A stretch of DNA of 64,000 nucleotides, from the NCBI GenBank assembly GCA_043228905.1, contig JBHGNT010000005.1, positions 10,974,001 through 11,038,000 on the forward strand, written 5' to 3'. Of the stretch, positions 37,311-51,200 are shown piece after piece (positions within the stretch are counted from its first letter, which is position 1; the number at the start of each line of letters is the position of its first letter). The DNA comes from Azolla caroliniana. Lineage: Eukaryota > Plantae > Polypodiophyta. Below the pieces are notes generated by a model. It was not told the DNA's origin, did no database searches, and saw only the letters and a list, made by a program, of their open reading frames with translations. The position numbers and the translations under genes are program-made.

Positions 37311-40300
37311 TGTCGTGACGTGGATCGCCTAGAAGCGTAGCGTTGTGTCGACAGAAGATATCGTGAAAGTGAGGAAGGAATCACTAGGATTATGGACGGA
37401 AGAGACGAAAGAGTAGAGGTAGAGTAAATAAAGATCAACAAGATATGACAAGATGGGATATAGAATGATATTTGAAGGAATGAAAGAAACTTATAATTAT
37501 TTGATGAATGAGTTACAAAAAGATTGCGAGCATTGTTGATCCTTGGAGCTTTGTCTCACAAGGTAATCACTCTTCTCTTTCTTGATGGTAGACCATAATC
37601 TTCCCTTCAATCTCTCGACAAGTAGAAGACACGAACTGCCGCCCTTCCGTTGCAAGTTGAGGACCACCACCACCAAGCTAGTTCTTCTTTTCTTCTTTCT
37701 CTATTGTGATATCCCTTACAACATAACTCTATTTGATATATATAATATAGTTCTTTTGATATTGATCGATTTCCTGATATCCCTTGTGATCATACTCCCT
37801 TCTCCTTTTATAGGGAAGAGATGGTTCTACATGTGGGCCATGTGGCGCACATGTAGAGAGGCTTTTGCATGTTTACTATATGGTGCACATGCAGAGAAGT
37901 TCTTGCATGTGTGCTATATGGTGCACATGTGGTACATTTCATGTTTAAACAATACAATACTAAAACACATATATTTTATATATATCACAAGTATAGGCTA
38001 AATGGTAAGGTTTGAATGCCGGTAAGGTTGGGTTTGTTGGTTCAAGTCCCTTTTTGCCCATGTAATGGTGTATTACATTACATGGTTTAGAATATAAAAT
38101 ATTACTTCAAAGAAAACAACGCATATGATCTCTTGTAAATTGTTATTATAGGCTAAATGGTAAGGTTAGAGTGTCATAAGGTGGGGATTATTGGCTCAAA
38201 TCCTCTCTTGCCCATGTAATATAATATATATATATATATTTGTCTCTACATATAATGTATTATATATCATAGTAATTAACATTATAAAGGTTTATTTTAT
38301 TTTCATCACGTATTTATCTTATTCTAGACTTTTAATGTGAAGCTTTCGTACTTCACGACATCCACCACCTTTAGACCTGCATATCCTTCGGCATGTGCCA
38401 TTATCTTTCATCTTCATGTTGATCTATTGGAGGAGGTTCAAGCTCAAACCTTTTCTTAAATACTTTTATCCTCTTTCCAGCTATCACGTTTAGGATTAGT
38501 GTCCCATCCAATTCACTAAGCTTATAAGTAAAGTTATCATATACTTTTCTTACTATGTAAGGCCCAAACCATCTTTCAGCGAACTTGCGGACGGTGCTAT
38601 GTTGATTATCTAAACTGCTATCATACACAAGCACCCAATCCCCTTATTCTATCTTCTTATGTCGAATTATGTGAGTTTTATCAAAACGAATTTTATTCTT
38701 CAATCGAGCCTCCTTCAATCGAGCCTCCTTCAATCGTTGGGCTGCTAATTCGACATCTTCAGGTCGACGCTCTAATTGTTGAATTCGCAAAGCCAACAAT
38801 TCTTCTTTGCTCAGGTCTTCTTTCCATGGAATAGATGTCCATGACATAATTGATCCTTCTATTGGCATGATGGGCTTTTGGCCAAGTATCAATTCAGTTG
38901 GCATATATCTTGTTACTGAACTATGTGTTGTTCGATCTGCCCATAGTGCATAAGGTAGCATGCGTGGCCAATCTCTTATTTTACTTTCACAACTTTTCAC
39001 GATCGCCTTAACTATTGGGCTATGTCCTCTGTCAATCTTTCCATTGGCTTCTGGATTATACGCAGTTGTAAGCGATAATTTGACCCCTATCCGGCTGAAG
39101 AATTCTCTAGCTTCATTAGAGTCAAGTTCTCCTCTATCTACAATTATTTTACCAACACACCCATAACGACATATTACATCTTCTAACAAAAATTTACATA
39201 CAACTCTAATTTTTTTTTGTCGTACTGGTCTTCCTTCTACTTGGTTTGTAAGGTCTTCTCTTGCTAGTACTAAATATCGCATTTGACCTTGCCCAAGTGG
39301 CATTGTCACTAGATCAACCATCCATTTATAATGCATTGATGATGAATATGTTGGTTTTAGCTCATCTCGATATCGAATAGCTGAATACCTTTGATAGATT
39401 TCACAGGTTTCCACAAATTTCATTACATCTTTATACATATGTGGCCACCAATACTTTTCTTTCAACTTCATAAATGTCGCCCATATGCCTCGATGTCCTG
39501 CCCACAAACTATCATGGAATTCAGTAATTAACTTTCTCTTAATATTATCCTTACAAATGACTTGAAGAGAATTTTCTGTTGGCCTTTTTGGGCGCCTCCA
39601 TAAATGCCCTTCATGTAAAAAAAACTTGAATGCCCTTCGTCAAAATTCATTTAATTGTTTCTTTGACCATGATGGGTTGGCTTCTTGAGTCTTTAAAAAG
39701 TTTCCTATTTCTAACCATTGACCTTCATATTCGGTGTCTTTGAACATTATGCTTACATTAAACTCGTCATGAGGCTTACTAAATATTTGATGAGCAACTC
39801 GATGGCTTGTAGTTTCCCAATTCTTATCTTCAGTTTGCATCACCTTTTCATTTATGAACCTTGCCCTTGACAGCATATCTGCAACTGGGTTGTCTTTTCC
39901 CTTTATATGCCGCAATTCTGGGTTCATGGTTCTGATGTGTGCAATCCACCGAAGCATTGCAATATCTGGTGTTGTGCAACTTGCTACCATTCCGATGAGT
40001 GGCAAACAATCTGTTTCAACCACTACATTTGCTCCGATCAAGTAATCTCTATCTGTTTTTAATGCAATAAGCAAACCCCACAATTCTCGTTTAACTTGTG
40101 CATAATTTCTTTGTCTATCATTTAATATCTTTGCCCCAAACCTGATAGCATATCGATGTTGATCTTCATCTTCTTGGTTGATAACCCAGCCGATCCCAAT
40201 TGGGCTAGTATCGACTGTCACTATAATTGGTTTTTCACCTTTGTAGTCTGGTTGACGAAGAATTGGAGCTTTCAATAATGCTTCTTTCAGCTGTTGAACA

Positions 40301-43300
40301 ACTTGTGTATGTTCATCAGTCCAAATAAACTTCTTCCCTTTTCTTAAAAGTTGGTAGAGAGGATTTGAGACATGTGCAAAGTGTGGTAACCAAATATGAT
40401 AAAACACACATGCACCCAAAAATCTTCTCACCTCTGTTACCGAGTCGCAAACTTCCTTCATATTTTGTATTGCGTTAATTTTGATCGGTGAAGGCTTCCT
40501 CCCATACCACCCACACATATGACCAACTATTAGAACTTCGTTTTGCCCAAAGCTAGACTTTGTTCCTGATAGTGTCAAATGTACCTGCTCAAGGTTATTT
40601 AAAATACTTTCACAATCATTAATGTGATCCATCACAAACTTTCTGCAACCATTTCCAACCATAGTCTCATCTTTCTCTCTTTCTAAGCATCCCTTAATAG
40701 GAATATCATCTAAAAATGGCATAGTTACCTTTGGGATGTACTCATGTAGAACCTTGTTCATTGCATTCATCATATGAGCAACTGAATTTGTCGCACCTTG
40801 AGGTAGAGTGCACATTCGAACCAACCCAATTGGTGTTTTCATTGTTGTGATATTGCGACTATCAATTGCTAGTTGAAATTGGTTGTATCCTGAATATAGG
40901 TCTCCCATAGAGTAAATTGCTCTCCCAGCAAAAGCTTCCGCAAATTCATCAACGATCGGGCCGATTCCTCCATTTCGGATTGTGACTTTGTTGACTGGTT
41001 GTAGATCTTGAATGAATCTTAGAGAACCATCTTTCTTTGGAACTGCAAACCATCGGTTGGAGTATGGTGCATTTGAAGGCTCTAAAATCTTCATCTTGAC
41101 TTTATCCTTCAACAACTCCAACAATTGAGGTAATCGAGCTCTCGGTACTGCAATAGGTTTAAAATTCCAAGGAATATGAGGGATAGTAAATATTACCATT
41201 GGCGTTACCACCTTTGGATCGCCACAACCAATCTCCTCGGCTTTGAATGCGAACGCTTTCCCATGCCTAAAGATCATGTCTTTGAAAGTCGTGATCTCCG
41301 ATTGTAGAAGAAATTCACCCCCTCCGACTCTTAAGTTATTTATTGTATCCGAAGTGAAGTGATGTCCAATCTTCTCTAGTGGTCGAAGCATAGGCTCAGT
41401 TGATGCTGCCTTCATCTTCTCTTCGCTACCAATGGGTAATGGTACTGCAACAGGTTTAATCTTTTTATCTATTGTTTTATATTTTGTGTTACATAAACCT
41501 TCTACTTCTTCATATTTACAAGTATACTTATCAATTTCATAATACATATCAATTGAGTTTACATGTATGTTTCTAACATTCTCATCATCTTCTTTCAAAT
41601 ACATTTCTATCTCTTCTAAAGTATTTGCAAAAGAAATTTCTTCCATAACACTTTCAATTTGTTCTTCCATTTCAAGTACTCCATTATCCTTCAATGCCCG
41701 CTGAAACATATTAACATTCTTTTTCAAGTTCCTCTTACATTCATACATCCTAGTCACACATATAGCACCACTTTCAGAAACATGAAATGACTTATTCATA
41801 TGTTGTAATGCCCTATATGAGGGTCTTTTAATAATGGGACTATTGCAACCCTCACTTGCAACAGTCCTAGTTTTTTAAATTGTACAGTTCGTTGTCCGTC
41901 TTGGCTACGGATTTACGCATAAGCAGAACCATTGTCGAGGACTTTGGTCTCCATCCGTACTGCTGTAATGTATGGTTGTCCCAGGATTATTGGATAGGTA
42001 GATCCTTCCTGCACAAAGAAATGTTGATCTACCTCTATATCACCAATAGTAACCTTTACATTTGGGCATGCGCCAAATAAATCTTCCGTGTGTGATGTGG
42101 CAGCTTTTACTCGCCAACCATGTTGAGTATCAATTGGCCATCTACCTTTCCTGTAAAAATCAGCACTCATTATATTTATTTCAGAACCATGATCAATAAG
42201 TGCCATCACGGGGTCTGGAACATTTCCAATCATCACATGATGCTCAGTAGTGGCTCTTGCCCAACATTTGCGAGAGTAATGACTTCTTACATCAGTTGAA
42301 TTTATCATTGAGGTTGATGCATGTTGAGAGTCAACAACGATATTGTTTGACTTGTTGCTCACCACTTCATATGCCACCTTCGGATTTGTCTCTTTAACCT
42401 GCTCATTTACTTGCTTCTTTCTTCGCACAATATCAATTATTTCATCATGAAATTCCTTTTTTGCAATACCTAACACTTCTCTTAGTGTAAATTCTACTTG
42501 ACTGTCTAGTATTCTTGTTTCTAAAACTTTCTTTAAATCTGTATCTTTTTCGATATCAGACATTAATTTGAATGAAGGACCAGATTTACCTTTTTCGACC
42601 TTTGCGTCCATCTCTTTTCTTTTGCTTTCTCTTGTCTCATGCTTTTTTGTTGAGCCAATCTCATCATCCGGCCTTTTCCTATTTTCTTCCACTATCACCT
42701 CATGCTCTTGGTGTTCTGCCATCTGAGCATAGACTGTCATAGCATCTACTGGAACATCCCATCCAGTGTTTTTCCTTACAGAATCTCCGGCAACATGAAG
42801 GTCTTCCATCTTCATCTTTTGCTTTTGTGTGGTATTTACAACCTTCTCCCAAAATGATGATCGGGATGGCATGTCATCAAGGCGCATTCCTGCCGTTGCC
42901 GAGTAGTACATTGCAGAAGCCTTCTTTGCGTTAGCTTCTTCAAATTTAACCTTAACACCACCATCACCAAAGTTCTTTGTAAGTGGACTTCTAGTTTCAG
43001 TTAAATAAATGTTACCATTTTTCCAATACACCAAGTCTCGATTTTCTATGTCTTTATATTCTGCACAATCACGTAATCAATGTTCGAGACTATCACACCA
43101 CATGCATCGAGGTCGAAACGAATCCCTTGACCTTGAAGTCTAACCATTCTCAAGCTTTGCCACTTTAATTGTTAGATCTTTCATACTTTGAACTAAATCA
43201 TCAAGCAAAGACTCACTCTTAGTTTCGATCGTTTCTCGTGGTTGATGGACCATTTCGTGTGACGGTTCTTGACCAAGTCGTTGAACTTCGATGTTTTGCT

Positions 43301-45115
43301 TAAGCCGATTTGTGATTCCCACATGCGGTATTTGTAGCATTGCACCATTCCTTTGCATTCTTTTCATAAATTTATTACAAGCATTTGTTACCTCATTCCA
43401 ATTTGCAGTTATACCATCCTCAGTATTTGGTACTTCAAGCATAAATTCCAATTCTTTTCTATATCTCTTGTCAACTGCCTGCAAAAATAAAGCAACCTTT
43501 TGCCAAGACAAAGAATTTCTTTCTTCTGGCTTTCAGTGTCCATACAATCTAACAAACTCTTTTTTTGTGTCAACCACAGATAATCCTTTATTTTCTTTTA
43601 GAACCCATTCATGGAATGAACGCATAGTAATGCGAGAGAAATCCTCACAAGCATATTCAGACACAAGTGCTTCTTTGAATGCATTCCAATCCAAACTATG
43701 CAATGCTTATATTTCATGAATTCTATCTCTTAATTCCATGTCCACTAATTTATAAAAGTTTGCTATCATATTGACATCATTCATACCAGACATTTCCATT
43801 TCATCATAATATATATTCATCATACTTCGAAATATTTGTGCCATCAAACATACCAATTTTCTCTCAGACTTCTCGTAAGGCATGAAATAATCGATCTTGA
43901 TTCAACTTTTCAATAAACAACATTACCGGATCCATTGTACTCGTACTTGCCATGTTGATGTTGATCTTTACTTTAGATGTCTCTTCTACTTCCCCGTTTC
44001 ACGTCGGGTTCACCAAGTTGTGTCGTGACATGGCTCGCCTAGAAGCGTAGCGTTCTGTCGATAGAAGATATCGTGAAAGTGAGGAAGGAATCACTGGGAT
44101 TATGGACGAAAGAGACGAAAGAGTAGAGGTAGAGTAAATAAAGATCAACAAGATATGACAAGATGGGATATAGAATGATATTTGAAGGAATGAAAGAAAC
44201 TTATAATTATTTGATGAATGAGTTACAAAAAGATTGCGAGCATTGTTGATCCTTGGAGCTTTGTCTCACAAGGTAATCACTCTTCTCTTTCTTGATGGTA
44301 AACCATAGTCTTCCCTTCAATCTCTCGACAAGTAGAAGACTCGAACTGCCGCCCTTCCGTTGCGAGTTGAGGACCGCCACCACCAAGCTAGTTCTTCTTT
44401 TCTTCTTTTTCTATTGTGATATCCCTTACAACATAACTCTATTTGATATATATAATATAGTTCTTTTGATATTGATCAATTTCCTGATATCCCTTGTGAT
44501 CATACTCCCTTCTCCTTTTATAGGGAAGAGATGGTTCTACATGTGGGCCATGTGGCGCACATGTAGAGAGGCTTTTGCATGTTTACTATATGGTGCACAT
44601 GCTGAGAGGCTCTTGCATGTGTGCTATATGGTGCACATGCAGAGAGGCTCTTGCATGTGTGCTATATGGTGCACATGTGGTACATTTCATGGTTTAAACC
44701 ATACAATACTAAAACACATATATTTTATATATATCACAAGTATAGGCTAAATGGTAAGGTTTGAATGCCGGTAAGGTTGGGTTTGTTGGTTCAAGTCCCC
44801 TTTTGCCCATGTAATGGTGTATTACATTACATGGTTTAGAATATAAAATATTACTTCAAAGAAAACAACGCATATGATCTCTTGTAAATTGTTATTATAG
44901 GCTAAATGGTAAGGTTAGAGTGTCATAAGGTAGGGATTATTGGCTCAAATCCTCTCTTGCCCCTGTAATATAATATATATATATATATATTTGTCTCTAC
45001 ATATAATGTATTATATATCATAGTATGTTATTAACATTATAAAGGTTTATTTTATTTTCATCATGTATTTATCTTATTCTAGACTTTTAATGTGAAGCTT
45101 TCGTACTTCACGACA
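37311..45115 (-). mobile_element. Full-length, mutated non-chromovirus Ty3/gypsy with a tRNA-Trp PBS (probably Phygy/Selgy-like)
   Basis: LTRs 37311-38360 and 44021-45115; TSD ACGT; PBS 43998-44015; PPT 38361-38372; gag pieces, protease IDHGSEIN, RT LPQGATNS..FLDDI, RNase H VDTSPIG, integrase WMVDLV..VDRGE. Confidence 0.95.
39640..41799 (-). pseudogene. Gypsy pol fragment (RT-RNase H); integrase continues in 38401-39600 after stops
   Basis: 719-aa ORF with FAVPKKDGSLRFIQDLQPVNK, MPFLDDIPIKG, RELWGL, DMLSR. Confidence 0.9.
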
Positions 45116-47443
45116 ACGTCAAAGCGTATAGAACCCTTGTAGAAAACCAATTAAACATGAGCATTAGAATATTTTGCACTAAAAATGGTAGAGAATTTAT
45201 GTCCAACAAGTTCAAAGAGTAGCTACGAAAAACGACATAACATATCAATACATGGTGGCTTATAACCCTCAACAAAATGGAAAAACCGAAAGGAAAATTC
45301 TCACCCTTATCGATAGTGCTTGATCAATGCTCAAGCGGCGAATCTTCCACACAAATTTTGGGAAGAAGCATTCGCTATGGCATGTTACCAACAAATTGGC
45401 TACCAACAACAACACTTGACAATCTTACACCCTTCCAAGCATGAAATGTCAACGAACCACGAGCAAGTCATCTAAAAATATTTGGAGGTCCATAATTTGT
45501 CTACATCCCGGAAGACAAAGAAAAGAAACTTGACGACCATGCAATCAAGGCCATATTAATCTATTAGTGTAAAACCAATTCTATACCTTCAATTCTTGCA
45601 AATTCTTCTTTGGATGCAATGGTTGTTAGATATAGTTAATGATCAACCTAAGTTATCAATTTGTCCCCACATGTATTCTTATAGTGCACATTTTGTGATA
45701 GAGGCCCAAATGAGGAGTAGCTATAGTGCAACCCGATCATATGGGTTTATAAGGTGTCAATGTAGGAAATTGTAAATGAGTAGGACAAAATATATTTAGG
45801 AAAGAGGGAAGCAGGGTAATAGGACTGACTAATCAAGTCGACTAGAAGGATATTTTGTAGGCAAGTTAAGATGTACTTAGTCTTGGAGTAATTGCCATTG
45901 GCGTTTGCTAAAAATTAATTAGGGTTAATTAGTGACTAATTATATGAGTAGTTAAGCAACGGAAGATTATGTGATATGTGTGTGAGAGGAAGAGAGAGTG
46001 GAAGATATAGTTATGAACAATAATGTAAATGGGGGATGATTAACACGAGTGTAGCTAAAGACCTTTCCTCTATATTAATTAGCATCATCAAATACAAAAA
46101 TACCCACAATGAGGTATATATACATCTCATGTGCAAAGGTGCACATGTGTGAGTAGAATATAGGTATTAGAGATCAAGGTACTAAAGTAAGCTTAAGATA
46201 AGGATAAACTAATGATAGATAGAAAGGAGAAAGAGAAAGAAGGGTGTCGATCCACCCGACCACCCCCAAGCGAAGGGATCGAGACGGACTCGAGCCTCGA
46301 TCGGCATCCCATACCACCGCCGTGGCGTCGAGTCGTACCTGGTGCTGGCGCACTCGCTACAAGAGTTGACCCACCACAAGAGCAGAGTCTCGATGTAGTC
46401 AAAAAGATGATGAAATGAGGGTAGCTAGGCCTCTTATTTATAGCGATACCCAAGGCCCCCAGGCAAGTTAACACTTGACCTAATGGGTTGTCTCAATCCC
46501 GAGGATTAAAAGTAATCCTCCCCTTCTTTACACTCTCATTTAACCCTCACACTTATCCACGTGTATAGAATACTACGGTAAATTCTCACCACGGGATATT
46601 AAATGGTCATGCCCGTAACATACTCCCCTTCTTTAAAACATTGCATTGTTGCAATGGAAAGTTAGGGAAGTTTGTTCTTAGAGTCTTCTCGCGTTCCCAT
46701 GTGGCATCTTTGATAGATTTGTCCATCCATTTAATTTTAAATTCTCGGATTTCTTTAGTACGTAACTTTTTTGTTTTAACATTGAGAATTCTTTTTAGTA
46801 CATGTGGTTTCGAAGATAAATCTTCAAAAGTAACCAGAGTTTCAATTGTAACTGTGTTGTCGCCAAAACCTAGAAGCTCTTTTAGACGACTCACATGGAA
46901 GACTGGATGAATTCCAACACCATCGGGAAGAGCGAGACGATAGGCTAATGACCCAATGCGTTTGAGGACTGTAAAAGGTCCACAAAATCGTGGGGCTAAC
47001 TTAGCGCACTTACCCATAGACAATGTCTTAGAATTGTGACGTACACGTAAAAATACCTTCTGTCCAGGGTTGAATACATGAGGTTGCCTTTGATGGTCGG
47101 CATTAAAACGCGCTCTATCTTGAGCTGTTTTTATATTATCTCGTGCAATATGCAACATATCTTGCATATCCCGAAGAAAGTTTTGCGTACTTCGCAACTC
47201 ATCATGATGTATATTAACATCAATTGGGGCTCGTGGCCGAAAACCATACATCAACATAAAAGGACTATATCCCGTCGATGTATGCTTGGAGTTGTTATAA
47301 GCAAACTCCAAAATTGGGAGATAATGTTCCCATTTTGTTGGTTTTGCACCAACGTATGCTCGAAGCATGTCCTCAATAATTTGATTTACTCGTTCTGTCT
47401 GTTCATCGGATTGAGGATGATCCGTGGAGCTCATGCTCAACGT

Positions 47444-48232
47444 TGTCGTGCCTTTCGGCTCCGGATCGTTTGCGTGAGTCGGGTGGGAACCGCCGAGGTT
47501 TTGGACTAGGAGAAAGAAGAATATGAGATGAGGCTAGTAATGGATAGATTATTAGAAAGAGAGATAGAAATTTCGTGAATCCCACGAGTGTATTGTATTC
47601 GATTAATCAATATTTAGATAAAATATGTATTTAGATTGAAAGAAAGATATAAGAAACTTGTGAATCCCACAAGTATAGATTATATTATTTTCGTGAATCC
47701 CACGATTATATTAATCGGTTGGTGTTTTCGGAAATATATCCAATTTCCAAATATTTCACACGCCTATTACATTGTGCTCCCCATCCTTATGTAGTGATGG
47801 GAGAGACTAAGCATAGCTACATGCTTTTTTTCTAATATGTTCATGCACACTAAATGTGCATGTAATGCTTTTCTAATCCTTGCTTTTATTTGCTAAATAT
47901 AGTGCTCATGCACGCTAGATGTGCATGAGTCACTTTTTAGTTGCTTGCGTTTTTCTATAAAATATTCATGCACTCTAAAAATGCATGATTTACCTTTTAA
48001 TAAAGGTAGGCGCAAATAAAGCACTTATAGTTATTAAATCTATTTGTAGAACACTAAAGATAAGGTAGCATAATGGTAAAGTTGAGGTTTGGCTACGTGG
48101 AGGTACAAGGTTCGAATCTTGCCCTATGCACGTGATAAATATCTTGATATTCTTATTTTATTTATTTATATGTAATTAAATCGTTTATATTATTTTTACT
48201 TTTTCACATAGTGTACGAAATACACTATGACA
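47444..48232 (-). mobile_element. Solo LTR (TGTCG...TGACA) inserted in the chromovirus integrase
   Basis: Exact 4-bp TSD ACGT at 47440-47443 and 48233-48236; the integrase sequence rejoins on removal. Confidence 0.9.
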
Positions 48233-51200
48233 ACGTAGTTTCTAACTTCTTAAAGACTTGCGTCTAGAAGTCACTAGTAAACTTTAGATCTCGATCATTC
48301 ATGATATCCATCGGTAACCCATAAAAACGAAATAATTCATCAACGAATTGGTAAGCCAATTCAGGAGCTGTTACCGTGGTTTTAGTAGCAATAAATCTGG
48401 CCATTTTAGTTAGTCGATCAACGACAACCCAGATGACATCATGACCTTTTTGGGTGCGAGGAAGGCTAACAATAAAATCCATGGATATACTTTCCCACTT
48501 ATTATTGGGAATGTCCAAGGGATGTAAAAGTCTTGCGGCTTAAAGTCGCTCGACTTTGTTAACCTGACATTGGTGACCTTTTGTCACATAGCTATGTATG
48601 TCAGGACGCATCTTAGGCCAATAAAATTGAGTGGAGATGAGAACGAGTGTACGATGTATTCCAGGGTGCCCTACTGAGAGTGTATCATGGCATTCAAAAA
48701 GAATCCTCTTTTTGACCTCGGGTAAATCTGGAACACAAACCTTCCCATTACGGTAGAGCAAACCGTTAGCAATGTGGAAGTATTCCTTCGAGGATGTGGT
48801 GGTGTCTGTTCCAGACTCAACTCTTGCCGAGTATTTTGCAAAATAACTGTCATCAAGATACTTTCCTCGAAGGTGATCATAAAGATCTGATGTTATTTCA
48901 GTGAAGCTAAGCATGTTAACTTCACGGATGCGATTTATTGCATCAACGATAGTGTTCATGGAACCTTTACGATATCATATGGAAAATTCAAAGTCCTGGA
49001 TGAGATCAGCCCATCGTGCCTTACGACCTTTCAGGTCTTGTTAGTCACAAAAATATTTCAAGGACTCGTGGTCCGTAGTTACCACAAAACGATTTCCATA
49101 AAGATAATGGTGCCATGTTTTGAGCGCATGTATAACTGCAAATAATTCCTTTTCTTGAACGGTATACCGACATTGAGCAGAATCAAGTTTCTTACTCTCG
49201 AATGCTATGGGTTTACCATCTTGATATAAGACAACCCCTATAGCATAATCGCTTGCATCGGTTTCAACCTCAAAAGGTTTTGAACAATCGGGTAAAAGAA
49301 GTGAAGGAGTCTTGCATACAAGGTCCTTGAGTTCCTTAAAGGCGAGGTCTAGTGTAGCATTCCACACAATAGGTTTTGTAGACTTACGCGTTTGACCTTT
49401 TAAAAGATCAGCAAACGGCGTCGTCAATTGGGAGTAATCACGAAGAGACTTTCGCAAAAACCCGACAAAACCAAGGAATGATCGAACTTCTCGAATATTC
49501 CGAAGAGTGGGCCAAAGCTTGATTTTCTCGATGCAAGAAGGATCAATTTCAACTCCTAGTTCGGTTATGAGATGTCCTAGATAAGTAATTGATTTCTTGA
49601 AGAACTCACATTTTGAGATCTTCGCGTAAAACAGTTTGTCACACAATGTTTGTAAAACAAAGCGGACAGGTCTAGCATGTTCTTGTAATGTAGGGCTATA
49701 AACTAAAATATCATCCAAGTTGCGTGTAATGTAGGGCTATAAACGACAAATTTTGCAAGTTGTTCTCGGAAAATGTCATTCATTTCTTGTTGAAATGTAG
49801 TCGGAGCATTGGTCAAACCAAAAGGCATAACCAAAAACTCAAAATGGCCATAGCGCGTACGAAATGCCATTTTAGGAACATCGTCCTCACTTATTCGTAT
49901 TTGATGGTAGCTAGTACGGAAATCAAGTCTCGTAAAATACCGAGCTCCCTGGAGCCGGTCAATTAGATCATCAGCCCGGCGCAATGGGTACGAATTCTTG
50001 ATCGTCACTTTATTCAAGCGTCGGTAATTAATACACATATGCCATGTGCCCTCTTTCTTTTTTACCAAGAGAACTGGTGCACCCCATGGAGATTTACTAT
50101 AACGTATATAACATATTCGTAAATAGTCCTTGAGTTGCTTAGATACCTCATCTTCTTTGGATCGACTTAAGCGATAAGGAGGTATACTTATTGGTGCAAC
50201 ACCAGGTACAATATCTATACGATGGTCTATATTATGTTTAGGAGGAAAGCCATCTGGTAGTTCACTCGGAAAAACATCACGAAAATCATTTAAGATTTCA
50301 TCAAGTTGTTGTTGTTCAAAATATGTTAATTGAACCGAGACATTATCGATATTATAAACGTGAATGTCCGGATCAAGTACACAATAAAATAGAGTAGAAC
50401 AAGACAACTCGGATATTGATGGACACGAGGAAACAATCGAGAGGGATTGTTTTTTACACATTGAATAAAATGAGTACAATCGTTCAGTACAAATGTAATT
50501 GAATGATGAACCCAATCAATAGATAAAGAAGAGTTTTTATTATAAAACCAGGGATAACCCAGTATTACATCGGTGGTAGAAAGATTCATTACATGGAAGT
50601 CTACTTCCCCTATATAAGTATCAATAGAAATTTCTAATGAATGAATCGCCCCGTTGATGTATTGTACTCTTCCATCAGCCAAGTGCACCGTGTAGGTGTG
50701 ATCACTTACGATGGGTTGGATTCCCCATATCTGAACGAAACGATCATTCACAAAATTGTGTGAGCTTCCTGAATCAAATAAAAATTGTACGGGAGATCCA
50801 TTGATATACCCGTTTGCACGTAGTAAATCATTGGGACCCAATACATAGTGAGGGAAAGAACATTGACAATTACTTAAATGATGTGTATAGACCTGAAGGA
50901 CATTAGGAATCTGACCTTTATGGTCTACAACTTTAGCTTTGTTGTCGTGCTCTTTTCGTTGGAGCTTTCGACATTGATATTTTGTATGACCCTTCTTTTT
51001 GCAGAATACGCAAAAAGTATGTTGTCGCTTACAATCGCGATCCATGAATTCGTTGGGTGTCTTGTGTTTCCCAACGAATTGCGACTGCTTAGTCCCGGGC
51101 GCTTCATTGGGTTTCTTGTGGTCCTTCTTCGAAGTGCGTTGATAGCGAAGAACTATTTCAACGGCCTCTTCGAAGGATTTTGGATCCTTATCGTGCACTA

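Noticed and set aside
37582-38001. Hydrophobic 139/152-aa ORFs in both Gypsy LTRs (env-like?)
   Set aside because: Antisense to the element, start at TTG, and made of T-rich sequence and tandem repeats; the duplication is explained by LTR identity.
41870-41880. Programmed -1 frameshift site (AAAAAAC on -) between protease and pol
   Set aside because: The pol frame opens just after it and is -1 to the protease frame, but the codon phase (TTT AAA AAA) does not fit X XXY YYZ and the region looks mutated.
25090-48130. Functional tRNA genes at the A/B-box sites
   Set aside because: No convincing acceptor or anticodon stems by eye, and all lie in repeats; treated as tRNA-derived only.
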